From the NCBI RefSeq assembly GCF_016433145.1, contig NC_058131.1, forward strand, positions 576,279,257 through 576,343,256: a stretch of 64,000 bases of DNA, in the 5' to 3' direction. The notes under the pieces are model-generated. The model ran no database searches and was not told the origin of the DNA. It saw only the letters and a program-made list of their open reading frames with translations. The first letter of the stretch is position 1; the number at the start of each line of letters is the position of its first letter. Below, in pieces: positions 62,881 to 64,000 of this stretch. The stretch is from Gracilinanus agilis (lineage: Eukaryota). Position numbers and translations under genes: made by a program.

Positions 62881-63226
62881 CTTTTTCCTAGTATTTTATT
62901 TAAGATTTTTGCATCTATGTTCATTAAGGAGATTGGTCTGTGGTTTTCTTTCTCTGTTTTTGATCTACCTGGCTTTGGGATCAGTACCATATTTGTATCA
63001 TAAAAGGAGTTTGGTAGAACTCCTTCTGTGCTTATTATGTCAAATAGTTTGTATAGTATTGGGATTAGATGTTCTTTGAATGTTTGATATAATTCACTTG
63101 TGAATCAATCTGGTCCTGGGGATTATTTCTTAGGGAGTTCTTTGATGGTTTGTTCAATTTCTTTTTCTGATATGGGATTATTCAAGTATTCTAATTTCTT
63201 CTGCTATTAATCTAGGCAATTTATAT
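62881..63226 (-). mobile_element. L1 ORF2 RT-proximal fragment
   Basis: Minus strand [25 protein letters not shown]...[16 protein letters not shown]...[19 protein letters not shown]. Confidence 0.92.
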
Positions 63227-64000
63227 TGAGCTGAGTTTTGAATGAAAACCAGGATTATGAAAGGCAAAAGTGAGTAGGAAGTGCCTTCCAGATATGGGGA
63301 TAGCCAGTGCATAGGCGTGAAGATGGGATTCATGATGCATCCTGTATGCAGAACCTTGAATAGACTGGTATAATTTGATTAAGAATGTGTGAAGGGGACA
63401 TATGTAAAGAGATGTGGGAATTAAAAGTGGGAAGGTTTTCCAACTGATGATAAATGTATAGAAGAATCCTAAAGATTTAGATCTTGTGCTTGCTCCTAGA
63501 CTTGCCTGTCCTGCAATGCCCCCGTGTTCTGGGGACTTCTATTGGACTTTCCCAATTGGTGTTGTAAATCTTTAGCTGTGACTGAGACAGAATTATTCTG
63601 GGAAGGAAAGGAGAAAAAAAGGTCGGAAATAGCTATTTCCTAAATTCATTTCGCTAAGGGGGCTGGGATATTTGCTAATTCCTTCTCAATTCATTATAAT
63701 CCCAGAAATTCTGTGTTTGAAAGCTGAATGAAAGCCTTGGTTGCTTATAAATGAACTGATTTGAATACTCTTAAAAATGAGCCAAATTCAATTTTTCTCA
63801 AGTATGTCTGGGCAGAGGAAAAGCTTTTGCCAAACAAAGATGTTGTTACTGATAAGTTTCCAAGGAAAAACCTGGTATGACTGCCAAGAGTAGGGCCCTT
63901 TACACTCAGGTTACAAATATATGTGAAGCTATTGTGAAGTAATACTATTGGTTGGATGCAAATTTCTGCAGGTCCTACTTGTACTGTCTTGTCTTGTACT

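Noticed and set aside
1-64000. tRNA genes or CRISPR-like spaced repeats
   Set aside because: Recurrent gttcaaatc/gaacccagg motifs are B-boxes of tRNA-derived SINEs, and there are no regularly spaced repeat-spacer arrays.

Overview
AT-rich, CpG-depleted mammalian genomic DNA, almost certainly marsupial and probably opossum (Monodelphis-like). The basis is the repeat content: SINE1_Mdo-like, MAR1/MIR, RTE-type SINE, marsupial L1 3' ends, L2, CR1/L3, ERV solo LTRs, Tigger/hAT relics and four sized N gaps. I recognise no host protein-coding gene, RNA gene or CRISPR array, so the window looks intergenic or intronic, and almost all listed ORFs are spurious or repeat-derived. The standout is a 1,686-bp defective betaretrovirus-like provirus (60327-62012, minus strand) made of a full 5' LTR, a tRNA-Lys3 PBS, a splice donor and a JSRV/MPMV-like gag fragment. 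It ends not in a 3' LTR but in an inverted 178-bp copy of the U3 start. Both ends are therefore U3 att ends, and a perfect 6-bp TSD (AAAAAG) flanks the element inside an older L1. Repeat family names come from my recognition of consensus sequences, not a database search. Boundaries are approximate unless a TSD is quoted.
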